A DNA stretch of 52,613 nt from Anaerolineales bacterium (GCA_014859065.1 JACUUU010000001.1:1-52613), one strand, 5' to 3'; counted from the stretch's first letter, positions 24,908-35,452 are shown. Numbers and translations are program-made. The notes: a model not told the origin generated them from the sequence alone.

Positions 24908-25244
24908 GTTGGGCAGGGTAGTGTAATCACTATTCGAGATGGCTTTCAGGACTTTTACAAAGAGTTCACGCAGAATCAGACTGCGGTGATGGACAGGTCT
25001 TTATTTTGGCCTCTGTATTGCGTAATCTGTGTTTATAGCTATTATTTAGAACTCCACGACCCTCATAACCCTCACTGGGGTGGGTTGCTCAAATTGGTAT
25101 GATCTTGGCTTTCTTTTGGTATGCAGACTGAACTGAGAGCAATATGAAGCACGTCGGGATTATGTGGAGGTGGTAAACGATTTCGTTAGCCATGCGTTGA
25201 TAAAGTGGGGAACGCGGTATAATCGGAATTAACCAAATCGATCA

Positions 25245-25667
25245 ATGGGAGGCACGATGAGTGAGCGAAAAATCCGTGTCCTGGTGGCTAAACCTGGACT
25301 GGATGGACATGATCGAGGAGCTAAAGTTGTAGCACGTGCACTGCGAGATGCTGGCATGGAGGTAATTTACACCGGCTTGCGACAGACTCCGGAAATGATC
25401 GCTGAAGCTGCTTTACAAGAAGACGTGGATGCGGTCGGACTTTCAATCTTGTCTGGTGCTCATATGGCTCTTGTTCCCCGAATACTAAAACTACTGAAAG
25501 CCAATGGGCAGGAGCATGTGAAGGTATTTATAGGTGGGATAATTCCAGATGAGGACATTCCCCGGTTACAGGAAATGGGGGTTGCCGGGGTATATGGACC
25601 TGGTACTTTGACCGAGGAAATAATCCAGAATATTCGACAGGCTGTATTAGGCGAGTCGGTTCCGTGA
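25245..25667 (+). CDS. Methylmalonyl-CoA mutase-type B12-binding small subunit/domain
   Basis: [36 protein letters not shown] contains the DxHxxG cobalamin-binding signature, followed by GLSILSG and VFIGGIIP. Confidence 0.9.
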   Translation: MGGTMSERKIRVLVAKPGLDGHDRGAKVVARALRDAGMEVIYTGLRQTPEMIAEAALQEDVDAVGLSILSGAHMALVPRILKLLKANGQEHVKVFIGGIIPDEDIPRLQEMGVAGVYGPGTLTEEIIQNIRQAVLGESVP

Positions 25668-25683
25668 ATCAACTGTTAGTGAC

Positions 25684-26718
25684 GTGAGAATGAACCTAGC
25701 GCCATCAATATTGGCAGGTGAACGCTTAGCATTAGCTCGCTTGCTTTCGAAAATCGAAAACAACATGCAGGAAGGTCTGACAGCGCTGAATGAGTTATTT
25801 CCGCATACAGGACAAGCACATCTTGTAGGAGTGACTGGCGCACCAGGTACTGGAAAATCTTCTCTAGTTAACCAATTAGCTTATTATTATCGCCACCCAA
25901 TACAGGGACAAACGCCCCGAAAAATAGCAATCATTGCGGTAGATCCATCCAGCCCGTTTACTGGTGGAGCAATTCTGGGGGACCGAATTCGTATGCAGGA
26001 TTTAGCCGGAGATCCTGGGGTGTTCATTCGTTCTATGGCGGCGCGGGGATCATTAGGAGGGCTTGCCCAAACGACTGCCAGCCTTGTTCAGGTATTTGAT
26101 GCTGCTGGTTTTGAGACTATCTTGATTGAAACAGTAGGAGCCGGTCAAGCTGAGGTGGATATCGCTCGTTTAGCGCACACTACGATTGTGGTCGAAGCCC
26201 CTGGCTTGGGTGATGAGATTCAGGCTATTAAGGCAGGTATATTGGAAATCGCCGATATCCTGGTGGTAAATAAAGCAGATCGTCCAGGTGTGGAGAGCAC
26301 CGAGCGGGCTTTACAAAATATGCTGCAACTTGGACATCCAATTCGTAATATGAAAAGACCAGAGGATGCCCAAGACCGGGATGATGAACAACAAGCACAA
26401 GCCATTCTTCCCATATGGGTGCCACCCATACTCCGCACTGTTGCAACCCAAGGAGATGGTGTATCAGAATTGGTAAGAGCTATTTCAGATCATTATCAAT
26501 ATCTGCATGATACCGGGCAGTGGAAAAAGAGGGAACGCAATCGCCTTCAAAATGAACTAGATAACTTATTAAAGGACAGTCTTGTCGCTCGTTGGCGGGC
26601 GACTATTTCGAAATCTGAGTATAAGTACATCCTGGATAGTTTGGTTGAGCGTCGGATTTCACCACATCAGGCTGTTGAGAGTTTGCTTGATGGAGGCAGT
26701 CCAGGAAAAAGTTTTTAG
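25684..26718 (+). CDS. meaB: MeaB/ArgK-type methylmalonyl-CoA mutase-associated GTPase
   Basis: P-loop GVTGAPGTGKSS, then IAVDPSSPFTGGAILGDRIRM, ETVGAGQ and VNKAD. The ORF opens at GTG 25684; ATG 25690 is an alternative start. Confidence 0.9.
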   Translation: MRMNLAPSILAGERLALARLLSKIENNMQEGLTALNELFPHTGQAHLVGVTGAPGTGKSSLVNQLAYYYRHPIQGQTPRKIAIIAVDPSSPFTGGAILGDRIRMQDLAGDPGVFIRSMAARGSLGGLAQTTASLVQVFDAAGFETILIETVGAGQAEVDIARLAHTTIVVEAPGLGDEIQAIKAGILEIADILVVNKADRPGVESTERALQNMLQLGHPIRNMKRPEDAQDRDDEQQAQAILPIWVPPILRTVATQGDGVSELVRAISDHYQYLHDTGQWKKRERNRLQNELDNLLKDSLVARWRATISKSEYKYILDSLVERRISPHQAVESLLDGGSPGKSF

Positions 26719-26746
26719 GGAAGAAAAGGAGTGATCGGAGAATAAA

Positions 26747-27739
26747 ATGCCTGCTTATACCCCGCCACGCGATTGTGGCATGTACGGTGAAATCAAATTA
26801 TTTGCCGGGACATCATGTCCGGAATTGGCTGCAGAAATAGCGGAGTATCTGGAGCTACCACTCAGTGGACGTGACATAACCCTGTTTCCCAACGATAACC
26901 TGTTTATCAAATTACACAGCAGCGTGCGTGGACAGGATGTTTATGTGATCCAGACGACGTCCAGACCGGTACACCGCAACCTGATGGAGCTCTTAATCTT
27001 GCTACAAACTCTCAGCTTGGATTCAGCTGGGCGTGTAACTGCAGTAATCCCCTATATGGCTTACGCTCGCTCGGATAAGAAGGATAAACCCCGTGTACCT
27101 ATCACCGCTCGTTTGGTGGCTGATATGATCGAAATTGCCGGGGCTGACCGCTATATGACCCTTGACTTACATGCTGGGCAAATTCAGGGCTTTTTCTCCA
27201 TTCCAGGTGATGTATTAAGTGCTTTTCATATTTTGATGGATCATGTAAATGATCTGCTTCCGAAGTTGAAGGATCCGGTTGTTGTTGCAGCTGACCTCGG
27301 TTTTGCCAAGAAAGGAAGAAACTTTGCTGCCCAAATTGGGGCTCCGATTGCATTTGTGGAAAAACGGCGTACAGGAAGTGATAACCATGCGGTAGCTCTT
27401 ACAGTAATTGGGAATGTCACTAATCTGGATGTGATCATTATTGACGATGAGATCGACACTGCAGGAACAATCGTCCAGGCAGTAAATTTGGTGAAAGAGC
27501 AAGGTGCGCTTGATGTTTATGTTATTACGGTTCACCCGGTCTTTTCTGAACCAGCAGCCGAAGATCTGTCACAGGCGCCGATTAAAAAATTAATTACAAC
27601 CAATACAGTCCCAATCCCGCCTAAAGACCAGGCACTCTTGAATGATAAGCTTGAGGTGCTTTCAGTTGCCCCATTGTTGGGTGAGGTAATCCGTAGAGCG
27701 CATGAAGGCCGCAGTGTAGGAGAGATGTTTAACGAGTAG
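26747..27739 (+). CDS. prs: Ribose-phosphate pyrophosphokinase
   Basis: IKLFAGTSCPELAAEIA, VRGQDVYVIQ, YMAYARSDKK, and the PRPP-binding loop VIIIDDEIDTAGT. Confidence 0.9.
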   Translation: MPAYTPPRDCGMYGEIKLFAGTSCPELAAEIAEYLELPLSGRDITLFPNDNLFIKLHSSVRGQDVYVIQTTSRPVHRNLMELLILLQTLSLDSAGRVTAVIPYMAYARSDKKDKPRVPITARLVADMIEIAGADRYMTLDLHAGQIQGFFSIPGDVLSAFHILMDHVNDLLPKLKDPVVVAADLGFAKKGRNFAAQIGAPIAFVEKRRTGSDNHAVALTVIGNVTNLDVIIIDDEIDTAGTIVQAVNLVKEQGALDVYVITVHPVFSEPAAEDLSQAPIKKLITTNTVPIPPKDQALLNDKLEVLSVAPLLGEVIRRAHEGRSVGEMFNE

Positions 27740-27742
27740 CAT

Positions 27743-28576
27743 ATGCCGGAGCTTCCAGAGGTTGAAACGATAGCAGCAAGGTTGCGGAAAGGGGGGCGGA
27801 ACCATGCATCCACACCGCCGCTGTTAGGGAAACGAATCATATCTGCTCAAGTCTTCTGGGAACGTACCCTAGCTGAGCCTACTCTGGAAAAGTTCAAGCA
27901 AAAAATTTCGGGGCAGCTTATCCGTGAAATCAGCCGCAGAGGCAAGTTTTTGCTCATGGATGTGTCTGGAGAGACCTTACTGATTCACTTACGTATGAGT
28001 GGCGACTTATTGGTAGAGACTGACGATAAACTTTTATCTACCTATTACCGAATGGTGTTATCTTTTGAAGATGGGATTCGTCTGGCACTCAATGACCCAC
28101 GTAAGTTCGCGCGTGTATGGTTGACAGCAAACCCTGATGCGTTGCTAAGCCACCTTGGACCCGAACCTTTAGCAGCGGATTTCGCCCCAGATTTGTTTTA
28201 CAGGCGATTAGTGGCACGCCGACGCCAGCTTAAACCACTGCTCATGGATCAGAGTTTCCTGGCTGGTTTAGGAAATATTTACACCGATGAAGCGCTGCAC
28301 CAAGCTGGATTACACCCTCAACGCATATCAACAAGCTTAGATATCCGCGATGCTGAACGCCTCTGGATGAGCATCCGGCATGTTCTTAAAGAAGGTATCC
28401 GCCGTAATGGGGCGTCAATCGATTGGGTGTATCGAGGAGGTGACTTCCAAAATTATTTTCGTGTTTATCAACGCAATGGTGAGCCGTGCCCTGTGTGCGA
28501 TACTCCCATTCAACGCATCACAGTCGGGCAACGTGGGACACATTTCTGCCCCCAATGCCAAAGGTTGGAGGAATAA
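27743..28576 (+). CDS. mutM: Formamidopyrimidine-DNA glycosylase
   Basis: N-terminal MPELPEVE, H2TH region LMDQSFLAGLGNIYTDEALH, and C-terminal zinc finger CPVCDTPI...GTHFCPQCQ. Confidence 0.95.
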   Translation: MPELPEVETIAARLRKGGRNHASTPPLLGKRIISAQVFWERTLAEPTLEKFKQKISGQLIREISRRGKFLLMDVSGETLLIHLRMSGDLLVETDDKLLSTYYRMVLSFEDGIRLALNDPRKFARVWLTANPDALLSHLGPEPLAADFAPDLFYRRLVARRRQLKPLLMDQSFLAGLGNIYTDEALHQAGLHPQRISTSLDIRDAERLWMSIRHVLKEGIRRNGASIDWVYRGGDFQNYFRVYQRNGEPCPVCDTPIQRITVGQRGTHFCPQCQRLEE

Positions 28577-28577
28577 T

Positions 28578-28615
28578 ACTGGGTATTGGCTTGTTTTTGA
28601 CTACCCAGTTTTCAT
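28578..28615 (+). terminator. Possible intrinsic terminator after mutM
   Basis: ACTGGGTA (28578-28585) pairs with TACCCAGT (28602-28609), followed by TTTTCATC. The loop is 16 nt. Confidence 0.5.
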
Positions 28616-28657
28616 CGTCAAACAGTACCCATCCAATAATTCCTCAAGGAGGGCATT

Positions 28658-29368
28658 ATGGATATGGTTTTAGTTGGAATATTTGCGTTTGTCTGCATTC
28701 TTGTTGGGTTTGTGTTGAGCTCGTTCCTGCAGGCACTACGCAGCAGTAAAGAGGAGAGTAGGGAAACCATTCAAACTGCACCAGGCTTGAAAGAGGTAGC
28801 CAGGTTGTCACGTGATGTGCGCACAAAACACCTGGTGGTCGAGATTGGTGATCAGGCTTTTAAGTCAGTGGGGGATTTGAATCCCGATGACCGCCAACAG
28901 CTAACTATGACGGCTGTCGACCTACGAACCTGGTTGGGCATCTTTCCCTCTGAAGAGGAATCCGGAGAGAGGGAAGTCTACTCCGCTCAGCCTGCGGATT
29001 TCTCCGTGTCGACACCATCATCGCCGGATGCTGACCTGCAAAGTATGCCAGAGGTGGCTCAGCGAAAACCCAGCCTTAATCCATTGAAAATGTTTAGTGA
29101 AGCGATACAAGAATCTCGAAAACCAGTAGAAGGGGAAATACCAAAGAGAATTGTGGCGCAAATCGATGAAATTCTGCAGGGTAAGCTGGAAACTTCTCCG
29201 CTCTCAGGTCGAGGTGTACGATTGGTGGAGCTTCCTGGAGAGGGGATTGCTGTTATGGTGGGGTTAACGCGCTACAATGATGTTGAGGATGTCCCCGATG
29301 CCGAGATTCGCGACATCATTCATGAGGCGGTGAATGAGTGGGAGAGCGGCTTGACGGCTAGGTTGTGA
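28658..29368 (+). CDS. Hypothetical single-pass membrane protein
   Basis: AAGGAGG RBS. N-terminal TM VLVGIFAFVCILVGFVLSSFL, then an acidic soluble region with no recognisable motif. Confidence 0.6.
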   Translation: MDMVLVGIFAFVCILVGFVLSSFLQALRSSKEESRETIQTAPGLKEVARLSRDVRTKHLVVEIGDQAFKSVGDLNPDDRQQLTMTAVDLRTWLGIFPSEEESGEREVYSAQPADFSVSTPSSPDADLQSMPEVAQRKPSLNPLKMFSEAIQESRKPVEGEIPKRIVAQIDEILQGKLETSPLSGRGVRLVELPGEGIAVMVGLTRYNDVEDVPDAEIRDIIHEAVNEWESGLTARL

Positions 29369-29398
29369 GCAGGGCTCAAGCTGCGAGTTTATTATCCA

Positions 29399-32300
29399 TC
29401 AGCGTTTCCGCCGGCGACGCTTAGATTTGCTGGGCTTTTTCTCTCTTACTTTTTCCGCTACTGGTTGAGGTTCAGCTGTCTTCTCGGGTTCGGCTGCAAC
29501 GGAAGCCTGGATTGAGGTTATGTTGCGTGGTTGAAAAGTGAACATGCGGGTGACAACACCTAAACGCATGTTGCTCAATAGTTCTTGGAACATTTCGAAG
29601 GCGCGATTTTTGTATTGAACCAATGGATCACGCTGACCGTAAGCTTCCAGACCAATAGACACGCGGAGTGCTTCCATACTGGTGAGATACTCTACCCACA
29701 ATTCTGAAATTACTCCTAATAAGAGTTGGCGGTAAACTTCAGTCAAAGCCTGGCGTCCCAATTCATCGGAAACGGCGACCCTTATTTCGCCTTCCAGGGA
29801 TTGGAGCGGCTGGTCTTGAACCTCTTTATAGCGGTTTTCCCCAAGTGTTCTAGCTAAACCTTTTCTGGCGGTCTCATTCAGGTCGATGGGCCGATAATTT
29901 GCCAAACGATCCCATTCGCTCTGACCCCAGGCATGCAACATAGCAGATTGAGCTGTTTCAAGGTGGCGCAGCACTTCAGCAGAGATTTCATCAGGATCGC
30001 GATTCTCCAGAAAACGAGCGGACATATAGATATAAGTCAGTCTGGTCGTTCGTCGCCATACCCGGCGGTGGGTGCGCTTATCGAATACCGCTCGTGCTCC
30101 TTGCGGCATTTGCATAAGCAGAAAGAGAAGCTGTGATTCGTTCAAAAAACCATCTACTTTTGCGATCTCTGTTTCAAGATCTTTGGCGATCAAGCCACTG
30201 CCGTTCTCTCCGATAAGCTTTTCCCGACGGCGTTGATAAAGATTTTGGATGGCTGCCAACACCTGGTCGGCCAAGGTGTCCCAATCCTCACTTTCTAGTT
30301 GGGCAGGGTTCAAGCCAAGTTCTTCTTCCAATCGGCGTTCAACTGCACCTACCAGCCTTGTAATTGATTGTTCGATTAATGCATCCTCAACTTGCTGTTG
30401 GACGATGTCGATTGCCTGCTCCGGGTCAGCCTGGAAGGTTTGCAACTCTTCGGACGAAAGCTTGAGAGGCACATGAACTAAGCTGGAAATCTCATCTGAA
30501 AGCTGGCGAGGCGAGCGGATTTCAGTTTCATCTTCCAGGTCTAGCCCTTCAAAAAATGTATCGATGGTCTCCAATCTCTCTTTTAGAGTGCTTTCAAGCC
30601 TTTGGCGAGTGATTTCGAGCAGGTCATCCACTGTGCGCAGCATGTGTTCTTCTTCTGCTTTCAAGGCATTATCAGCAACTTCAAGTAAAGCTTGAAGTGT
30701 TTCCTGCTTTGCCACCCTTCCATCTGTACGCCCTTCATCACCCTTTTGTAGAGGCAGCTCGGGTATTAATTGTTCCATCAGTAAACGCAATGTATAGGAG
30801 GGGAAGATATTGCTGTTCGTGGAAAGTGGAGGTTGGATTTGGTCTAACCAGGCTAATAATTTCCAAGGTCCTTCAGGGTCTTCGAGAGCATGGGGTATCC
30901 GTCGCTGCACTTCGGTTTTCAACATCTCACGCACATCTTCGTTTAAATCATCTTTTTGAAAGATTCGGTTGCGTTGAGCATAGATCTTTACGCGCTGAGT
31001 GTTTAGCACATCATCATATTCTAAGAGGTGTTTACGGACATCAAAATTGGCACCTTCTACGCGGGATTGGGATTGTTCGACGATTCTTCCTACCAAGCCA
31101 ATTTCCAGAGGCAGAGCGTCATCGATCTTTAAACGCTGCATTAAGTTATCTGCTTGCTGTCCACCAAATAAACGCATCAATTCGTCTTCCATGGACAGGT
31201 AGAAACGGGATGAGCCAGGGTCACCTTGCCGGGCGGCACGACCACGCAGCTGGTTATCAATCCGCCTGGATTCATGACGTTCCGAACCAACGACATGTAA
31301 ACCACCTAACTTGCGCACCTGTTCCATATCTTCCATATACTGCAAGAAGTACTTGACCTCGCTCTCGTAAATCCCATAATCTTCCGGGTTCATGTTGAGT
31401 AAGGCATCCCGGCGTTCTTCCATGGTCATATCGAATGGATCGATATCTTGACCTGATTTACGTAAAACCCGGCTGATGGCAGTGATTACTTCCTCAGCCA
31501 TTTCACCGCCCAATTTAATATCAACCCCACGACCGGCCATATTGGTAGCGATGGTAACAGCTCCAAAAGCGCCAGCACCGGCGATGATTTGGCTTTCTTC
31601 GGTATGTTTGCGAGCGTTGAGAACTTCGTGAGGGATACCTGCCTGTAAGACTTTAATCAACCGCTCCCTGTCATCTTCTGTCAAGTTCAAGATGGACAAG
31701 AGCCGTTCTATGTTTTCAGGAGCTTCGGGGTTAAAGGGGAGATCAAGCTCACGAGCCATCTTGCGCATATCTGGAAGGGGAAGTTGTTCCAAAGGTTTGT
31801 TTAGAAAAGCTAATTCTTGGATAACCCTTCCGTCTTCCGTATAATGATTCTTTTGAATCCAAGCATGCCTGAGCAACAGCACCTGAAGCAAACGTCGTAA
31901 AGGTTCTGAGCGCAAGCGGTTGGAGACACGCTCAGAAAGTTCCACCGAGGTGGTGCCTACCAGGATTGGCCTTCCAATTACATGATATTCGATAATCTCT
32001 TCAGCGATGGCGCGCAGCTTAGCTTCTTCTGTGCGGTAAATCATGTCTGGAAAATCTTTCCGCTTCCAGAAGAGTGGTTTGCGATCAGGATTGTCCTTCA
32101 AGGTGTAATAAAAATATTTATAACCATTTTCGTCGCGGTCTTCGATTTCGATCAAGTCAGTATCAGCCCGCGAGGCTATGTATTCCAAGTTGGTGGGGAT
32201 CGCCACCACATCTAACTTGTAGATCTTATCGAACTCTTCCGCTTCCGTCAAAGCTGTACCGGTCATGCCAGCCAGTTTTTCGTACATCCGGAAGTAGTTC

Positions 32301-33562
32301 TGGATAGTGATTGTGGCGTAGGTGACATTCTCACGCTGTACTTTGGCGCCTTCTTTAGCCTCAACTGCCTGGTGGAGACCATCTGACCAGCGACGACCGG
32401 GCATCAAACGTCCGGTGAACTCGTCGATGATAACGACTTTTCCTGCCTGCACCAGGTAGTCTTTGTTACGTTTAAAGAGGAATTGGGCACGTAAAGCTTG
32501 TTCCAGATAGCCCAAGATGCGCGCTTGTTCGGGTGTAATATCTTCAGGGCGTTCTGGGTCGCGAAGAGCCATGGAAAGCAAGCGTTCTACATGACTTTCA
32601 CCCAACTCTGTCAGCGACACAGTCCGGTCGCGCTCATTGATCTCAAAATCTTCCGAATTTAGATTTTTTACTACCTGAGCCATGCGAATGTACCATTCAG
32701 TATCATCCTGGGCTGGTCCGGAAATAATCAAAGGAGTGCGCGCCTCATCGATTAGGACATTGTCAACCTCATCTACAATGGCAAAATAATGACCGCGCTG
32801 AACACGATCTTCAAGACGCATCGCCATATTATCGCGTAAATAATCAAAGCCAAACTCACTGTTTGTGCCATAGGTGATATCGGCTGTATAAGATTCTTTG
32901 CGATCTTCCATGCGGAGGAAGTGTTGGTCCTCATGGGGAGATTCGCGTTCGAAGTCCACCAGAAATGCTTTGCGTCCGTTTTCGGTACGGGAAGCCATCT
33001 GTAAGACACCTACACTTAAGCCTAGCAGGTGGTAAATTGGAGCCATCCAACGAGCATCACGACGAGCGAGATAATCGTTCACGGTGATCAGGTGTGTACC
33101 TCGTCCGACTGGTAAGCCATTTAGAGGTTCAAACTTCCAACTTTGGGGGTCTTCTCCCCATTTTCCCCGAGCGAGTTTTATCCACTCGGGGTTCAAGGAT
33201 AATGCGTTAAGATACATCGGCAGCGTAGCGACTAAGGTCTTACCTTCGCCAGTGCGCATCTCAGCAATCTTACCCTCGTGTAAGCCAATACCGCCGATTA
33301 ATTGCACGTCATAATGCCTTTGTCCCAGCGTGCGTTTACTCGCCTCGCGGACTGCCGCGAACGCTTCGGGCAGGACGTCGTCCAATGTTTCTCCTTGAGC
33401 TAAGCGAAGACGCAACTCAATGGTAGTAGCGCGTAACTGCTCTTCGCTGTAAGCTTCAAACTGCTGCTCAAGGGAATTAATCAGATCTACTGTTTGTGAG
33501 TAATTTTCTATTTGACGTTTGTTGGGGTCACCCCCAATGACTTTTACAATTTTCTGAAGCAT
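29399..33562 (-). CDS. secA: Preprotein translocase ATPase SecA, unusually long (1387 aa)
   Basis: RHYDVQLIGG, MRTGEGKTLV, TVNDYLARRD, DEVDNVLIDEARTPLIISG, TNMAGRGVDIKLGG and ESRRIDNQLRGRAARQGDPG. There are several insertions and a basic Cys-free C-terminus (KSKRRRRKR). Confidence 0.95.
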   Translation of the reverse strand: MLQKIVKVIGGDPNKRQIENYSQTVDLINSLEQQFEAYSEEQLRATTIELRLRLAQGETLDDVLPEAFAAVREASKRTLGQRHYDVQLIGGIGLHEGKIAEMRTGEGKTLVATLPMYLNALSLNPEWIKLARGKWGEDPQSWKFEPLNGLPVGRGTHLITVNDYLARRDARWMAPIYHLLGLSVGVLQMASRTENGRKAFLVDFERESPHEDQHFLRMEDRKESYTADITYGTNSEFGFDYLRDNMAMRLEDRVQRGHYFAIVDEVDNVLIDEARTPLIISGPAQDDTEWYIRMAQVVKNLNSEDFEINERDRTVSLTELGESHVERLLSMALRDPERPEDITPEQARILGYLEQALRAQFLFKRNKDYLVQAGKVVIIDEFTGRLMPGRRWSDGLHQAVEAKEGAKVQRENVTYATITIQNYFRMYEKLAGMTGTALTEAEEFDKIYKLDVVAIPTNLEYIASRADTDLIEIEDRDENGYKYFYYTLKDNPDRKPLFWKRKDFPDMIYRTEEAKLRAIAEEIIEYHVIGRPILVGTTSVELSERVSNRLRSEPLRRLLQVLLLRHAWIQKNHYTEDGRVIQELAFLNKPLEQLPLPDMRKMARELDLPFNPEAPENIERLLSILNLTEDDRERLIKVLQAGIPHEVLNARKHTEESQIIAGAGAFGAVTIATNMAGRGVDIKLGGEMAEEVITAISRVLRKSGQDIDPFDMTMEERRDALLNMNPEDYGIYESEVKYFLQYMEDMEQVRKLGGLHVVGSERHESRRIDNQLRGRAARQGDPGSSRFYLSMEDELMRLFGGQQADNLMQRLKIDDALPLEIGLVGRIVEQSQSRVEGANFDVRKHLLEYDDVLNTQRVKIYAQRNRIFQKDDLNEDVREMLKTEVQRRIPHALEDPEGPWKLLAWLDQIQPPLSTNSNIFPSYTLRLLMEQLIPELPLQKGDEGRTDGRVAKQETLQALLEVADNALKAEEEHMLRTVDDLLEITRQRLESTLKERLETIDTFFEGLDLEDETEIRSPRQLSDEISSLVHVPLKLSSEELQTFQADPEQAIDIVQQQVEDALIEQSITRLVGAVERRLEEELGLNPAQLESEDWDTLADQVLAAIQNLYQRRREKLIGENGSGLIAKDLETEIAKVDGFLNESQLLFLLMQMPQGARAVFDKRTHRRVWRRTTRLTYIYMSARFLENRDPDEISAEVLRHLETAQSAMLHAWGQSEWDRLANYRPIDLNETARKGLARTLGENRYKEVQDQPLQSLEGEIRVAVSDELGRQALTEVYRQLLLGVISELWVEYLTSMEALRVSIGLEAYGQRDPLVQYKNRAFEMFQELLSNMRLGVVTRMFTFQPRNITSIQASVAAEPEKTAEPQPVAEKVREKKPSKSKRRRRKR

Positions 33563-33724
33563 AAACTCATTCGTGCCAATTAGTTTTTGTAAGTTCTACC
33601 GGTTTAGGGTTCACCTTGGATAAAAGATTATAGCATAAATGCTAGTCGGCATGATCTACACGAACACCATAGATTACCGCGAAAAGGTTCAATGCTCAAT
33701 AAACAATTTTGCCCCAATGGTTCT

Positions 33725-33753
33725 TTGACATATCCGCTCTCTTCAGGTAATAT
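33725..33753 (+). promoter_or_regulatory. Sigma-70-like promoter candidate
   Basis: TTGACA (33725-33730), a 17-nt spacer, then TAATAT (33748-33753). It lies about 190 nt upstream of the aldehyde dehydrogenase start. Confidence 0.5.
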
Positions 33754-33946
33754 TTGCTTATTCAGCTTTATCAACCATTATGATATCTCGATTATTTCAG
33801 GGGTGTCTGGATCAAGATGGGATCAAAAGATTGAACCTTTATAAAGCTGGAATTAGCAGGTAAAAAGCCAATTCCATAAATCCCGATTGGGGATTTTGCC
33901 CTGGATTATTGTTTCCCAGGTCATGCATTCCTGGAAAATCTAGCTC

Positions 33947-35389
33947 GTGTGGAGTTCAACCTTGAAAGAGTATAAGCTTTTCATCAATGGTCGTTGGGTA
34001 GATGGTGGTGCTGTCATAGAGGTAAGAAATAAATATACCCAAGATGTGTTTGCGATCCTACCAAGCGCTCGTCATGAAGATGTGGATGAGGCGATATCAG
34101 CTGCACAGAAAGCTGCCCCAATTTTGGCGGGCATGCCAGCCCATCAGCGGAGTGTTATCTTAAGCCAGACGGCGCACCTCCTAAAGGCACGTAAAGAAGA
34201 ATTCGCGCAGACGATAGCTACTGAAGCCGGCAAAGCGTTAAAATTTGCCCGCATTGAAGTAGATCGTGCCATAAGCACATTCACGATTGCATCTGAAGAG
34301 GCAAAACGTATCTCAGGGGAAACCATTCCACTCGATGCTGTCCCTGCTGGGGAGGGTTACTTTGGGTTCTGGTTGCGTCGTCCGGTTGGGGTTGTTGGGG
34401 CAATAAGCCCCTTTAATTTCCCACTCAATCTCGTAGCCCACAAAGTCGCTCCAGCAATAGCAGCTGGGAATACGGTTGTTTTAAAACCGGCTTCAAGCAC
34501 ACCTGTGACTGCAGTGATATTGTGCGAAATTTTAAGTGAGGCAGGCTTACCATCTGGTGGGATCAATCTGGTTGTGGGATCAGGTTCCACCGTTGGGGAG
34601 TGGTTGGTGACGGATCCACGCGTGTCTAAGGTTACCTTTACAGGAAGTCCGGTGGTTGGGGAACGCATTACCCAAATTGCGGGGATAAAAAAGATCACAT
34701 TAGAGTTAGGTAACAATTCACCGGTTATCGTGGCAGCCGATGCTGACTTGGAACAAGTGGTAAAACGATGTGCAATTGGCGCTTATTATAATTCCGGACA
34801 GGTATGTATCTCGGTTCAGAACATTTTTAGCCACCGCGAAATTCATGAACCCTTCTTGGAGAAATTCGTGCATGCCAGTCGTGATATGGTCGTGGGTGAT
34901 CCGCTGGATGAGCGAGTGGATGTAGGCCCTATGATCGACCTGAAGGAAGTTGATCGCATCGATGCCTGGGTGCACGAGGCAGTCGATGACGGTGCACAAG
35001 TATTGACTGGTGGCAGACGTGACAAATGCGTTTATTGGCCTACAGTGTTGGATAATGTTAAACCGGAAATGAAGATCGTAGCTCAGGAAGCTTTTGCTCC
35101 AATCGCATCTGTGATTAGTTATGACGATTTTGAAGAAGCTCTGCAGCTGGCAAATAACACTGAATACGGTCTCCAAGCAGGGATTTTTACCCGGGACATT
35201 CAACGTGTACTAAAGGCTATTCGGCAGCTCAATTTTGGTGGTGTGATTATTAACGATACGCCCGCATTTAGGGCAGATCATATGCCATATGGGGGTAACC
35301 GCCGGAGCGGAATCGGCCGTGAAGGGGTGCGCTTTGCCATTGAAGATATGACCAATATCCAAATGGTTGCCATCCGTCAAAATCAATGA
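33947..35389 (+). CDS. NAD(P)-dependent aldehyde dehydrogenase family protein
   Basis: FNFPLNLVAHKVAPAIAAGN, catalytic Glu context LELGNNSP, catalytic Cys context GQVCISVQ, and C-terminal PYGGNRRSGIGREG. The start is GTG and uncertain by a few codons. Confidence 0.9.
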   Translation: MWSSTLKEYKLFINGRWVDGGAVIEVRNKYTQDVFAILPSARHEDVDEAISAAQKAAPILAGMPAHQRSVILSQTAHLLKARKEEFAQTIATEAGKALKFARIEVDRAISTFTIASEEAKRISGETIPLDAVPAGEGYFGFWLRRPVGVVGAISPFNFPLNLVAHKVAPAIAAGNTVVLKPASSTPVTAVILCEILSEAGLPSGGINLVVGSGSTVGEWLVTDPRVSKVTFTGSPVVGERITQIAGIKKITLELGNNSPVIVAADADLEQVVKRCAIGAYYNSGQVCISVQNIFSHREIHEPFLEKFVHASRDMVVGDPLDERVDVGPMIDLKEVDRIDAWVHEAVDDGAQVLTGGRRDKCVYWPTVLDNVKPEMKIVAQEAFAPIASVISYDDFEEALQLANNTEYGLQAGIFTRDIQRVLKAIRQLNFGGVIINDTPAFRADHMPYGGNRRSGIGREGVRFAIEDMTNIQMVAIRQNQ

Positions 35390-35452
35390 TTTTTTCGTGT
35401 CAGCAGACCCATTGTTTTACCTAGTTATGATTATTGGCAAACAGACTCGATT

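Noticed and set aside
24865-25244. Cobalamin riboswitch or small gene (69-aa ORF 24893-25102) upstream of the B12-binding subunit
   Set aside because: I could not find the conserved B12-box core or the expected multi-stem architecture. The ORF has no RBS and begins inside a terminator-like hairpin. An Infernal scan would be decisive.
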